From: Bdellovibrionota bacterium
GTDB taxonomy: Bacteria; Bdellovibrionota_C; UBA2361; OMII01
Length of the DNA stretch: 64,000 bases
Assembly: GCA_044345405.1 (NCBI GenBank)
Contig: JBIJBE010000015.1
Coordinates: 13,855-77,854 of the forward strand
Direction of reading: 5' to 3'
Under the pieces are notes generated by a model, which worked only from the letters and a program-made list of their open reading frames with translations, had not been told where the DNA came from and made no database searches. Position numbers and translations under genes: made by a program. Below, in pieces: positions 1 to 8,323 of the stretch (the first letter of the stretch is position 1; each line of letters starts with the position of its first letter).

Positions 1-645
1 AGATATCTTCTCTGCGACACGCTAGCTCTCAAGCGAGAGCACCTGACACCTCTCGATACAGGAACCTCCGAGCACATCTATCGATCGAAACAACGAGGCG
101 CAAGTCTGATGGAGACTTCTATAGCGATGGGGCTCGTGGGTATCGCCGTATTCGCTTCGGTCTCCTCATTCGGCGGTGATATCAAAGGAAGAATCTCCCG
201 CGAGATAATCCCAGCTCTCGGGGGAGGAATCCTCTCAGACCCCAAACCTATTCAGCCCGCCTCGAATAATTCTGCCTCTAATCCAGAACTGCAGATAGGG
301 TACACCCAAGACGGGAGCTTGGGTGGCGGTGAAGGAGTCGGTGGGGGACCCGGCGAGCAGTTCGAATGGTGGGGCGGGCCAGTTGGAGGCGAGCCTGGAG
401 ACTTCGGACCCGGTGGCGGGGAAGGTGTGCCTCCTGACAACAACCCGGGTTCTGTGGCGGGAACTGATGCAAGTCCCCCAACCTCATCGGATGAAACGGG
501 CGGAAACAGTAGCTCCGACTCAAGTTCGTGGAGCTATGATAACTCTTTTATCGCCGGGACAGATGCTTCACCGCCGGTTAACGACGGGTCGGGCGGCTCC
601 CAATCAAGCTCCGAACTCGCCGATCCATCGAATACGCTCTGGTAG
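1..645 (+). CDS. Flp-type (type IVc) prepilin-like protein with long Gly/Ser/Asp/Pro-rich C-terminal tail; 5' end lies upstream of the ORF-track start, possibly outside the window
   Basis: Frame is open from base 1 and reads ...RSKQRG|ASLMETSIAMGLVGIAVFASV: prepilin peptidase site, Glu at +5, hydrophobic helix. The ATG at 109 falls after the cleavage site, so it is unlikely to be the start. Tail has GGGEGV x2, AGTDASPP x2 and SSSDSSSWS. Confidence 0.75.
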   Translation, partial: RYLLCDTLALKREHLTPLDTGTSEHIYRSKQRGASLMETSIAMGLVGIAVFASVSSFGGDIKGRISREIIPALGGGILSDPKPIQPASNNSASNPELQIGYTQDGSLGGGEGVGGGPGEQFEWWGGPVGGEPGDFGPGGGEGVPPDNNPGSVAGTDASPPTSSDETGGNSSSDSSSWSYDNSFIAGTDASPPVNDGSGGSQSSSELADPSNTLW

Positions 646-1224
646 TTCTGATGAATCTTGAGTCTCCGAGCAGTGATGCTCGTGGTGCATGGTCAGACGT
701 CACACAACGCCGCTTTTATAGACTACTTTGACTCCGAAAACTTCATGGTGTGGAGTGCGGCATTCACCGGCGGTAGATCTGGCCCTACGACGAGACCTTG
801 AACATAGATAGCTCATCGAGCACTCAAGACGGATTCCGAATCCTCTCAGTAATTTGGGCTCAGGAGGTGTCCATAGAGCACTACGACTGACATATATAGG
901 GGTCCCCCACGGCTCGTAGTTTGGTGGAGTCTGTGGGTTGGAGAAACGCGCCTACATCGATGTGTAGTGGGCAAAGTTCCTGTGCCTAGCGGCTACAAAC
1001 ATGAAGTGACGCTGGTAATGCCGTACCTAAAAAGAGGGTACAATGACGAATCTACTTCACGGTTAGAGACGAAAAGACCCTTAAAGGGGTCTCAAAGCGA
1101 GGTTGCTGTACTACTGCGGGGTACTCGTAGTGTTTTTGAAAGAGCGTTCAGCCCTGGAATTCACCTTCGCTAGCGCCCTCCATTCTGATAGGATGTATTA
1201 GGGATCCGTACATGGCTCAAACTA

Positions 1225-1252
1225 TAAAGAGTTTGTCGCGAACTGCCGAAGG
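1225..1252 (+). promoter_or_regulatory. Putative sigma28 (FliA/SigD)-type promoter upstream of the repeat-tail pilin
   Basis: TAAAG (1225-1229)-N15-GCCGAAGG (1245-1252); resembles the TAAA-N15/16-GCCGATAA consensus. Confidence 0.5.
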
Positions 1253-1434
1253 CGTATGTAGGGGTGATTGTGAGCTCCTTTACCGCAAGGCTAGCAGCTG
1301 GATTGACCACAACACCGCGCGTTTGAGCGATGCAAGTGGCTCGACGTTTTAGAGGTTTTCTGATTATGGTTCGTCCGCTCATTCAATCAGGCATGCCCCC
1401 CAAGAAAGAGAGAACCGAAAGGCGGAAACACTTC

Positions 1435-2118
1435 ATGACGAAATCTTTTCACGGCCCGAGAGCCCTCGAGTCACGGCAACGAGGGGCAAGCGTACTCGAC
1501 TATTGCATAATCATTGGATTGTTAGGGGTAGCGACAATTGCCACCGTATCCACTGTTGGAAAGGACTTTACGTCAACAATCAATCAAAAGATTATTCCCT
1601 CTATTGGTGGCTCCGGCCCTAACCCCCGCGTTGGTGAAGATCCTCCACCGGATCCTGCCGTAAACTTCTCATCATTGCCAAGCGATTCCTCGGAATCGAG
1701 CTCGACCTCCGACTCAAGCTCGACCTCCGACTCAAGCTGGAGCTCTGACTCAAGCTCAACCTCCGACTCAAGCTGGAGCTCCGACTCAAGCTGGAGCTCT
1801 GACTCAAGCTGGAGCTCTGACTCAAGCTCAAGCTGGAGCTCCGACTCAAGCTCAAGCTGGAGCTCCGACTCAAGCTCAAGCTGGAGCTCTGACTCAAGCT
1901 CAAGCTGGAGCTCCGACTCAAGCTCAAGCTGGAGCTCCGACTCAAGCTGGAGCTCCGACTCAAGCTGGAGCTCCGACTCAAGCTCAAGCTGGAGCTCCGA
2001 CTCAAGCTGGAGCTCCGACTACAGCTCAAGCTGGAGCTCCGACTACAGCTCAACTTCAGATTCCATGGCCAGCTCTGATTCATATTCGAGTTACGACTCG
2101 AGCTCGACCTATGAATAA
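1435..2118 (+). CDS. Flp-type prepilin-like protein with Ser/Asp/Trp tandem-repeat tail
   Basis: ATG at 1435 after AAGGCGGA; MTKSFHGPRALESRQRG|ASVLDYCIIIGLLGVATIATV (Flp motif with Asp instead of Glu at +5), Pro/Gly linker, then about 140 aa of S/D/W repeats. ORF track starts at 1330. Confidence 0.8.
   Translation: MTKSFHGPRALESRQRGASVLDYCIIIGLLGVATIATVSTVGKDFTSTINQKIIPSIGGSGPNPRVGEDPPPDPAVNFSSLPSDSSESSSTSDSSSTSDSSWSSDSSSTSDSSWSSDSSWSSDSSWSSDSSSSWSSDSSSSWSSDSSSSWSSDSSSSWSSDSSSSWSSDSSWSSDSSWSSDSSSSWSSDSSWSSDYSSSWSSDYSSTSDSMASSDSYSSYDSSSTYE
1696..2061 (+). repeat. Coding tandem repeat, about 18 units of 18 bp (TCAAGCTGGAGCTCCGAC, SSWSSD) and 24 bp (TCAAGCTCAAGCTGGAGCTCCGAC, SSSSWSSD)
   Basis: Directly visible; variants SSSTSD at the 5' end and YSSSWSSD/YSSTSD at the 3' end; no unique spacers. 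Confidence 0.97.
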
Positions 2119-2379
2119 AGTCGAATTCAGACGCCAGTACGATTTCAGATATGAGTTCAAGCTTTGAATCAACCGCTCCCTCCGAACTCAACTCGTGATC
2201 GGCACCACCCCTATTACCCCTATCGTAACCCGATAATCATTGTTCCCGGCTAACGGTTGAAAAAGAACAGGCAGGTTGTACGGCTTTCAGCGCGGCGATG
2301 AGTAAGAAATGCTCACTCACGCCCTCTACTCAGGCGAAATCGATGCCGGTCCCAATCCTGAGACAATTACGAGTGCTTA

Positions 2380-2622
2380 TTATCCAGCGTTAGGTTGGTC
2401 ACAGCGAAGCTGGTTAGCGTTTGGCTCACCGAGGATTATGGCAGCTTTCACGAACAAGCCTGGGTGACACGGGTCAGATGAGTCAGCGAGCCCTCCGCCG
2501 ATCGTTCGCATGGCACTGATACCGATCGTGGCAACGATGCCGAGGAGGAGGGTATATTCCACAATAGACGCACCACGTTGACGAGAGTTTTGAGTCTGTT
2601 CTTTCGTAGGAGTTGCTCGCAT
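2380..2622 (-). CDS. Flp/Fap pilin (short, canonical motif) with C-terminal Cys pair
   Basis: SRQRG|ASIVEYTLLLGIVATIGISAM, canonical E5-Y6 Flp motif; GAGGT RBS upstream; two Cys in the head. Confidence 0.85.
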   Translation of the reverse strand: MRATPTKEQTQNSRQRGASIVEYTLLLGIVATIGISAMRTIGGGLADSSDPCHPGLFVKAAIILGEPNANQLRCDQPNAG

Positions 2623-2947
2623 GGAGATACCTCAACCTTCAAGTAACCTGTGTTCTGCCCACCTATCGGGGTGAGAGCGGTACGTGCTTCAGAAAAAGTT
2701 GATTGAATTCCAGGGATAAGGGGTCTTCGTAGTAGCCCGGTGACGGTACTTGGACTGATACGGGGAGTTTGCGGTCCAGATCGATATTTCCGACCCAGCC
2801 CATCGCCTCATGTCAGGCACTTAGCCCCTTCCTTTCCTTAAGACTCGCAGCCTTTCCCCACTACCCCGCATCTCAAAATAAACCGTGTGCAGTGGCACGG
2901 GTGCGCTGTCGTTCGACCTCCCCTAACTCACGAGACGACCTCTTCTC

Positions 2948-3955
2948 ATGATATCGCTCTGCGCCATAGCCAAGAACGAAGCTCACTGTATCGGCGCCAT
3001 GCTTGAGAGCGTTCGACCCCTCGTGAGCGAGATGATCGTGGTAGACACCGGCTCGAGTGACGACACTCGCGCAGTCGCCTACGCGCACGGGGCCACGGTG
3101 CATCAGCACACCTGGCAAAATGACTTCGCGGAGGCTCGAAACCTCTCGCTTAGTCTCGCCCACCATCCGTGGATACTTGTTCTTGATTGTGATGAGGAGC
3201 TAGTCGCTGACTCAATTCCCAAAATCCAGCAACTGCTCCAGGGACCTCAACAAGCGTATTTCATCGACCGCCACCACTTTTTCGCGACCCCCAACGCCGC
3301 CACCTTCTCCGCTCTTTTGCCTGATCACCCCGCCGCTCTTCGAGGAGCTCAAGCGTACTTCGCGACGCACGACATCCGGTTCTTTCCCAATTCACCGATG
3401 ATTCGATTCTCGGGTGAGGTTCACGAGTCACCTCAGGATTCCGTTCGCCAAGCTGGCTTCGCGATAAGCCGCTCGGAGTGCGTGATCTATCACTTCGGCC
3501 ACCTCATCGCTGGCGCTCGAGCACAAGAAAAAGCTGACCTCTACCTTACCCTGGCGCAACAGAAAGTGACGAACGCGCCGCAAGATTGGAGAACGTGGTA
3601 CCACCTTGGGGTAGAGCTGCAGAACCATAACCGCCACGTCGACGCGATGCATGCTTTCAGCAGAGGCATAACTTTGTGTCAGGATTTCGCGCCTTTGTGG
3701 AGACAGATCGGGGTGTCTCTTTGCGCTCATGGTGAATACACCACCGCTTTTGAGGCGTTCACGGAGGCCCTTTCAAAGGATCACGCGTGTCCCCTTACCT
3801 GGAACGCACTAGGGGTCGCGTTCATGAAGGTTGAGAGCCTCGACGCGGCGAAGCTCTGCTTTGAGACGATCCTCGCCGGAGACGCTCGGAATCCAGCTGC
3901 TATAACGAACCTGCAGATCGTTCAGCAACTACGAGAGATGCAGGGCCGCGGATAA
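2948..3955 (+). CDS. GT2 glycosyltransferase with C-terminal TPR repeats (GmaR/SunS-like architecture)
   Basis: ISLCAIAKNEA, VVDTGSSDDT, WQNDFAEARN, WILVLDCDE (DxD), F.GEVHE, IYHFG, followed by TPR-like helices (WYHLGVEL, WRQIGVSL, WNALGVAF). Confidence 0.9.
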   Translation: MISLCAIAKNEAHCIGAMLESVRPLVSEMIVVDTGSSDDTRAVAYAHGATVHQHTWQNDFAEARNLSLSLAHHPWILVLDCDEELVADSIPKIQQLLQGPQQAYFIDRHHFFATPNAATFSALLPDHPAALRGAQAYFATHDIRFFPNSPMIRFSGEVHESPQDSVRQAGFAISRSECVIYHFGHLIAGARAQEKADLYLTLAQQKVTNAPQDWRTWYHLGVELQNHNRHVDAMHAFSRGITLCQDFAPLWRQIGVSLCAHGEYTTAFEAFTEALSKDHACPLTWNALGVAFMKVESLDAAKLCFETILAGDARNPAAITNLQIVQQLREMQGRG

Positions 3956-3971
3956 TCCCGTAGGCGTTCCG

Positions 3972-4832
3972 CTAAGAGATTGAGGAAGCGGTCGCACTCA
4001 AAGACGGGGTCGCCATTACCGCGACCTTTCTGCGATCGAGCGCCCGCCACGTTACGGCCGAGAGTACGATAATTCCACCGAGCACCGCCCACGGTGAAGG
4101 CACCTCCCCCATACCGAGATACACCCATACGGGGTTAAGGAGCGGTTCAACGACAGGAATAAGAACAGCCTCAAGCGCGGTAACATGCACGATAGCCCTC
4201 GTATAGAAGAAGTACGATAAGCCCAACTGAAAGAAACCAAGCAAGATGATACCAACGACCGAGGGAACATTCCATGTGCTCTCCACAAGCCAGGGAAGCC
4301 CCACGAGGAAGGCTACACAATTACCCACTATGACCGCGTCCACAGGATGCTGATCTCGAATCTGTCGCAGCGCCACCACAAACGAAGCGAAACAGATACC
4401 AGAGAGCACCGCCAACATGTTTCCAAGATTGCTCCCGACACTGATTCCATCGGCGAAGAATATCCCCATTCCAACCAGAACGAGCACGATTGCAATCCAG
4501 TCCCGTATCACGATCCGCTCATGAAGGAACCGAGCGCTGAGCAGGGCTACATACACGGGAGCCGCGTACTGCAACACAATAGCGTTCGCGGCGGTCGTGA
4601 GCTTTGTCGCGACGACAAATGTTGTCACCGTCATCGCGTACAGTGCTCCGCAGCGGATCACCGCGAATGATGGACATAGTGGAACTCGCCGTGTCAGCGC
4701 CATCAAGGCACACACTGCTATGAGGCTCCGGCCCGACGACACCGCCATACCCGAGACATCAACGAGTTTAATGAGAAATCCGCCTGTGCTCCACAAAAGG
4801 GCCGCACCGAGGAGAAGAAGCATGCCCCGCAT
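3972..4832 (-). CDS. EamA/DMT family transporter
   Basis: About 10 hydrophobic segments; LWSTGG, ANAIVLQYAAP, LHERI, EPLLNPVWV..GE motifs. Confidence 0.9.
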   Translation of the reverse strand: MRGMLLLLGAALLWSTGGFLIKLVDVSGMAVSSGRSLIAVCALMALTRRVPLCPSFAVIRCGALYAMTVTTFVVATKLTTAANAIVLQYAAPVYVALLSARFLHERIVIRDWIAIVLVLVGMGIFFADGISVGSNLGNMLAVLSGICFASFVVALRQIRDQHPVDAVIVGNCVAFLVGLPWLVESTWNVPSVVGIILLGFFQLGLSYFFYTRAIVHVTALEAVLIPVVEPLLNPVWVYLGMGEVPSPWAVLGGIIVLSAVTWRALDRRKVAVMATPSLSATASSIS

Positions 4833-4910
4833 AGGCGGGGGAGATTACTGTGAAAGAACTGAGAACACCATGCCTGAGGAGTCGCATTCGGCCCTCACTT
4901 CATTAGTTTT

Positions 4911-5192
4911 CTATCCTCGATGCACAAACTTACAAAATCGGCTCTCCTGCCCTGACGTGGTGCTTTCCTGATAGAGAAACGCGAGGTTCCTACTATCAAA
5001 AATCTCGAAAAATTCATCCCAACCGATCTCCTCAAGCCCCTCGTCCGGCTGCTCCTCAGGGAAATCAACTCTCAAAAGTCCACTCCCCTCTGCGCGATGC
5101 GTCGCTCGAACGACGGAGGGAACTCCCCCACGTTCCTCTATCCAGCTCTGAATTTCACTGTGTTCCGTTGTTGTAGTCGCTTCGTGTCCCAT
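4911..5192 (-). CDS. Small acidic conserved hypothetical protein
   Basis: TTTEHSEIQSWIEERGGVP...LRVDFP...LEEIGWDEFF..FD...LAFLYQE...SRF pattern recalled from a widespread small-protein family; AAGGAG RBS. Confidence 0.8.
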   Translation of the reverse strand: MGHEATTTTEHSEIQSWIEERGGVPSVVRATHRAEGSGLLRVDFPEEQPDEGLEEIGWDEFFEIFDSRNLAFLYQESTTSGQESRFCKFVHRG

Positions 5193-5296
5193 ACAATTCT
5201 CCTTGTTTGATTGCTCCGCAAAGGATCGCTAGCACAATGGATGGCACCCCGATGTGATGAAAATGTCACCGTAAACGGACACAACCGACTAGCCCC

Positions 5297-5722
5297 CTAA
5301 CTCTCATCTCGTGCCGTGGCCCCACGCCGCAATTCGTCCCTCAGACGAGCGGCATCGGCATTTCGAGTGAACTCCTCCAGAGCCTCACCCACCCTGATGG
5401 TTAGATCGTTTTCGATCTCCTCTACCCCCCGTATCCTTTTGACGGTCTCCTCCACTTGGTACTTGGCGTTAACCGTATCAACAGACCCCTTGAGCCAGAC
5501 CGTTGCGCCCCGCACATCCACTTCAATGGTAGCGTTCGACCACTCCGGTTCACCCTGCAACGTAACAAGAACCCGCTGACGAAGAGCCGTCTCTGAAGCG
5601 ACACGCCCACCCGAGGGATCGCCACTAAAAGGCTCTCCGTGCCCGCGAGAACGTACCCTTTCGGATTCACTCCTCATATCACTTGGTTTGTCGCCCTTTT
5701 GTGCCATACCGGCCGTCTCCAT
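5297..5722 (-). CDS. BON domain protein (OsmY-like)
   Basis: IEVDVRGATVWLKGSV...VEETVKRIRGVEEIENDLTI. Confidence 0.85.
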   Translation of the reverse strand: METAGMAQKGDKPSDMRSESERVRSRGHGEPFSGDPSGGRVASETALRQRVLVTLQGEPEWSNATIEVDVRGATVWLKGSVDTVNAKYQVEETVKRIRGVEEIENDLTIRVGEALEEFTRNADAARLRDELRRGATARDES

Positions 5723-5920
5723 CTAGTCGATTTCGTATAAGGCTACGGCAGCGAAACCAAGCTACCCATGAGAAGGAACACCCATTCCACTCGAGACCGC
5801 GAAACTATCCCCATCGCTGACCTTGTACCGTCAGGGGCTTATCGATGTTTAGGCGAGGAACAGCACACCGGTGCGCTCCTCACTCATATCACTATCAAAC
5901 TGCTCATCCGGGGGGATTAT

Positions 5921-6133
5921 ATGGGCGCAGCATTAAAATCATCATCACGCAGTGATGCCGTATTCAATGATCTAAAGGGTCCGGCTAACAACGATCTCGG
6001 AGCCGCGTCGCTGCCTCGTGAACCAGCTCGGTTAACACCGACGGGGAGCGTTGAGAAGGGGCCCGCTTTTGCGCAAGTTATTCTGCATCTTCTCAACAAT
6101 GAGACGCCGCTTCGCCCTAGCTATTGCAACTAG
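5921..6133 (+). CDS. Short hypothetical protein
   Basis: GGGGGA RBS before ATG at 5921, within ORF 5768..6133; no recognisable motif. Confidence 0.3.
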   Translation: MGAALKSSSRSDAVFNDLKGPANNDLGAASLPREPARLTPTGSVEKGPAFAQVILHLLNNETPLRPSYCN

Positions 6134-6267
6134 CGAAGATGTTCCGATAAACGTCAGACCAAGGGGATTCGTCCAGTTGGACACGGACCTTCTTGTCCTT
6201 TTAGCTCATTTCTTGTCTCAAGCAGGGATGCTACCATCAGTTCGCGAGGCATCTGATGGAGAGCGAT

Positions 6268-6903
6268 ATGAGACCATGGAAGATATCGGCTAGTGTAGTG
6301 GCGACTATTGTCTGGGCCCTCATCTGCATGTCGAACGCGACAGCCCAATCTCCCTGTATTCCGCCCCAACAAGACATCTCAATTCGAAGCACCCTTGCCT
6401 CCGCTGGCTTCTTCGACAATCTGCGCAACTCCGATGACTCGATTCGGTATCAAATGGATCAACTCCTCTCCCTGTCGGAAACAAAGGCAGGAGAGCTGGA
6501 CAAACAGAAGAGCCCCTGCGGATCATCATCGTGTGCAGCCCCTGTCGTAGCGGTCGTATTCTCCTCAACCCCGAATAGGACCCTTCCCGAGTACGAAGAC
6601 TCGCCATCATGTCAGAAGCTCTTTGAGACGACACAGCAACAACCTATCGTCTACAGCAACCGCCAATTTGACACTCAGGACGACGCGGAGGAGTGGTACA
6701 ACGATCTGACGCAGGGAGATGGGCCGGATGGAGAGGACCTCTACAACCGCTGCCCTGGGCAGTGCAGTCCAAGCTATTCATCCGTTCTCTATCGAAAAGG
6801 CGGGAAGTTCATCGTCACCACCTCAATCGTGTGTGGACACGCCCGAGACAAGGACGACAATCAATACCGATTAAGCTCGTCACTTCGTTGGATCTGCTCG
6901 TAA
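6268..6903 (+). CDS. Secreted Cys-rich hypothetical protein
   Basis: Signal peptide ending ATA|Q; 8 Cys in the mature part; GGAGAG RBS before ATG 6268 (ORF track 6256). Confidence 0.75.
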   Translation: MRPWKISASVVATIVWALICMSNATAQSPCIPPQQDISIRSTLASAGFFDNLRNSDDSIRYQMDQLLSLSETKAGELDKQKSPCGSSSCAAPVVAVVFSSTPNRTLPEYEDSPSCQKLFETTQQQPIVYSNRQFDTQDDAEEWYNDLTQGDGPDGEDLYNRCPGQCSPSYSSVLYRKGGKFIVTTSIVCGHARDKDDNQYRLSSSLRWICS

Positions 6904-6924
6904 CCCGAGAAAGGCCCCCACCCC

Positions 6925-8055
6925 TTAGGGACATACCGGGGCTCGATCTTCGAACGCTACGAGAGCGCTATACATTTTTCGGTAGGCTCCGTATGCCTCT
7001 CCAAGCTCTGAAAGCTTGATGTGCTCGTCATTAGTGTGCGCGTTGAGAAGGGAACCTGGGCCGAACATCAAGATGCGCGCGTCGCTCTCAACATAGTACG
7101 AGATGTCGGACCCCCCACAAAATACGATCGTCTCAAACCCGGATAGCGGCAGAAGCTCTATCGGATCGCTTACCACCTGCGCCCGCAGCTCGAACTCAAT
7201 ACCAGAAAACCGCTGCGCTGTTTCTCGAAGGACACGCTCTATCGGTTCGCGCGAGGCCGCGGCGGAGTTTACCGTTCGAACCCAAAAACCAAGCTCAGCG
7301 GATGGAGAGATAACATTCCCCGCACTCCCCCCTCGAAGCATACCTAGGTTGAGGGTTGAGGCTCCGAATACCGGATGGGAACCGAAATCTATCTGACGGA
7401 GCGCGTGACCAAGTTCGATGAGGAATCCATTCGCGTCGATCCCAAGATTCGGATATCCGGAGTGACACGCCTTACCTCGTATCGTGATCGTTCCGGCGAA
7501 TACTCCCTTTTGAGCGACAACTAACTTCCCCTCGGTTGGCTCTCCGTTAACGATATACCTCACTCCTCGCGCTTTGAGTTCAGGCACCGCCGCCTGGGCT
7601 CCTACACTGTCGGTCTCCTCTCCAACCACGAAGAGAAGACCGATATCGTCGTGACCTTCACGACGAAGGGATTCCGCCGCGTGAATCATAACAGCCGCGA
7701 TCCCCTTCGTGTCGCATGCTCCTCGACCGCGCAGCACATCTCCCACAACCTGTGGCGTAAAGAGATTTTCAGGGGCAGGAACGACATCGAGGTGCGTCGT
7801 GAAAACAACCGAAGGCTTCGTTGAACTTGTATTGATCGAAGATGGGGTCGCGAAGAGATTAAACCGAGCGTCATCTTTGATGCGCCATCGCTCGGTATGC
7901 CACCCCATCCGTTTAAGAAGTCGGTCCACATGCTCCATCACAGGGAGCTCCGTACCTGTCACCGATGGAAACGATATCAGCTCCTTCGCGACCTCAACGA
8001 TGCGTCCGATGGGGCACTCGGCATGTTCCTCACGGGAACGCGGAATCATGGTCAT
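6925..8055 (-). CDS. M20 family metallopeptidase / acetylornithine deacetylase-like (ArgE/DapE)
   Basis: THLDVVP, GRGACDTKG, VGEE, GEPT, GKACHSG, FGPG...AHT.DE. Confidence 0.9.
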   Translation of the reverse strand: MTMIPRSREEHAECPIGRIVEVAKELISFPSVTGTELPVMEHVDRLLKRMGWHTERWRIKDDARFNLFATPSSINTSSTKPSVVFTTHLDVVPAPENLFTPQVVGDVLRGRGACDTKGIAAVMIHAAESLRREGHDDIGLLFVVGEETDSVGAQAAVPELKARGVRYIVNGEPTEGKLVVAQKGVFAGTITIRGKACHSGYPNLGIDANGFLIELGHALRQIDFGSHPVFGASTLNLGMLRGGSAGNVISPSAELGFWVRTVNSAAASREPIERVLRETAQRFSGIEFELRAQVVSDPIELLPLSGFETIVFCGGSDISYYVESDARILMFGPGSLLNAHTNDEHIKLSELGEAYGAYRKMYSALVAFEDRAPVCP

Positions 8056-8323
8056 CCTCTTTCCTACGGGTACGGCGTTCGATGGCTACCTTTAGAGTGG
8101 TGGCCCTACAACAACCAGCCACAAACACCATAGCACGACCGAGAAGAGCGCTCGAACAAAATATGTGAGCTCGCGGACCGAGACCATGCGAAGGAGCACG
8201 GCCAACCTATAGAATATCCACCCCTTCGTGAACGGGGTAAAACCAGCTACTTGGCTCGGAAAGTCCGAAAAAAGCTCCCCCCTGACGTATACCCATGTGC
8301 CGTGCCTTGCTATCCTTTCGCCC

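Noticed and set aside
1696-2061. Repeat array as a CRISPR array
   Set aside because: Units are directly adjacent with no unique spacers, keep the reading frame, and no cas genes are present.
1619-2191. Antisense Ser/Arg/Leu-repeat ORF (190 aa)
   Set aside because: Shadow of the tandem repeat; the plus-strand frame has the pilin motif and RBS.
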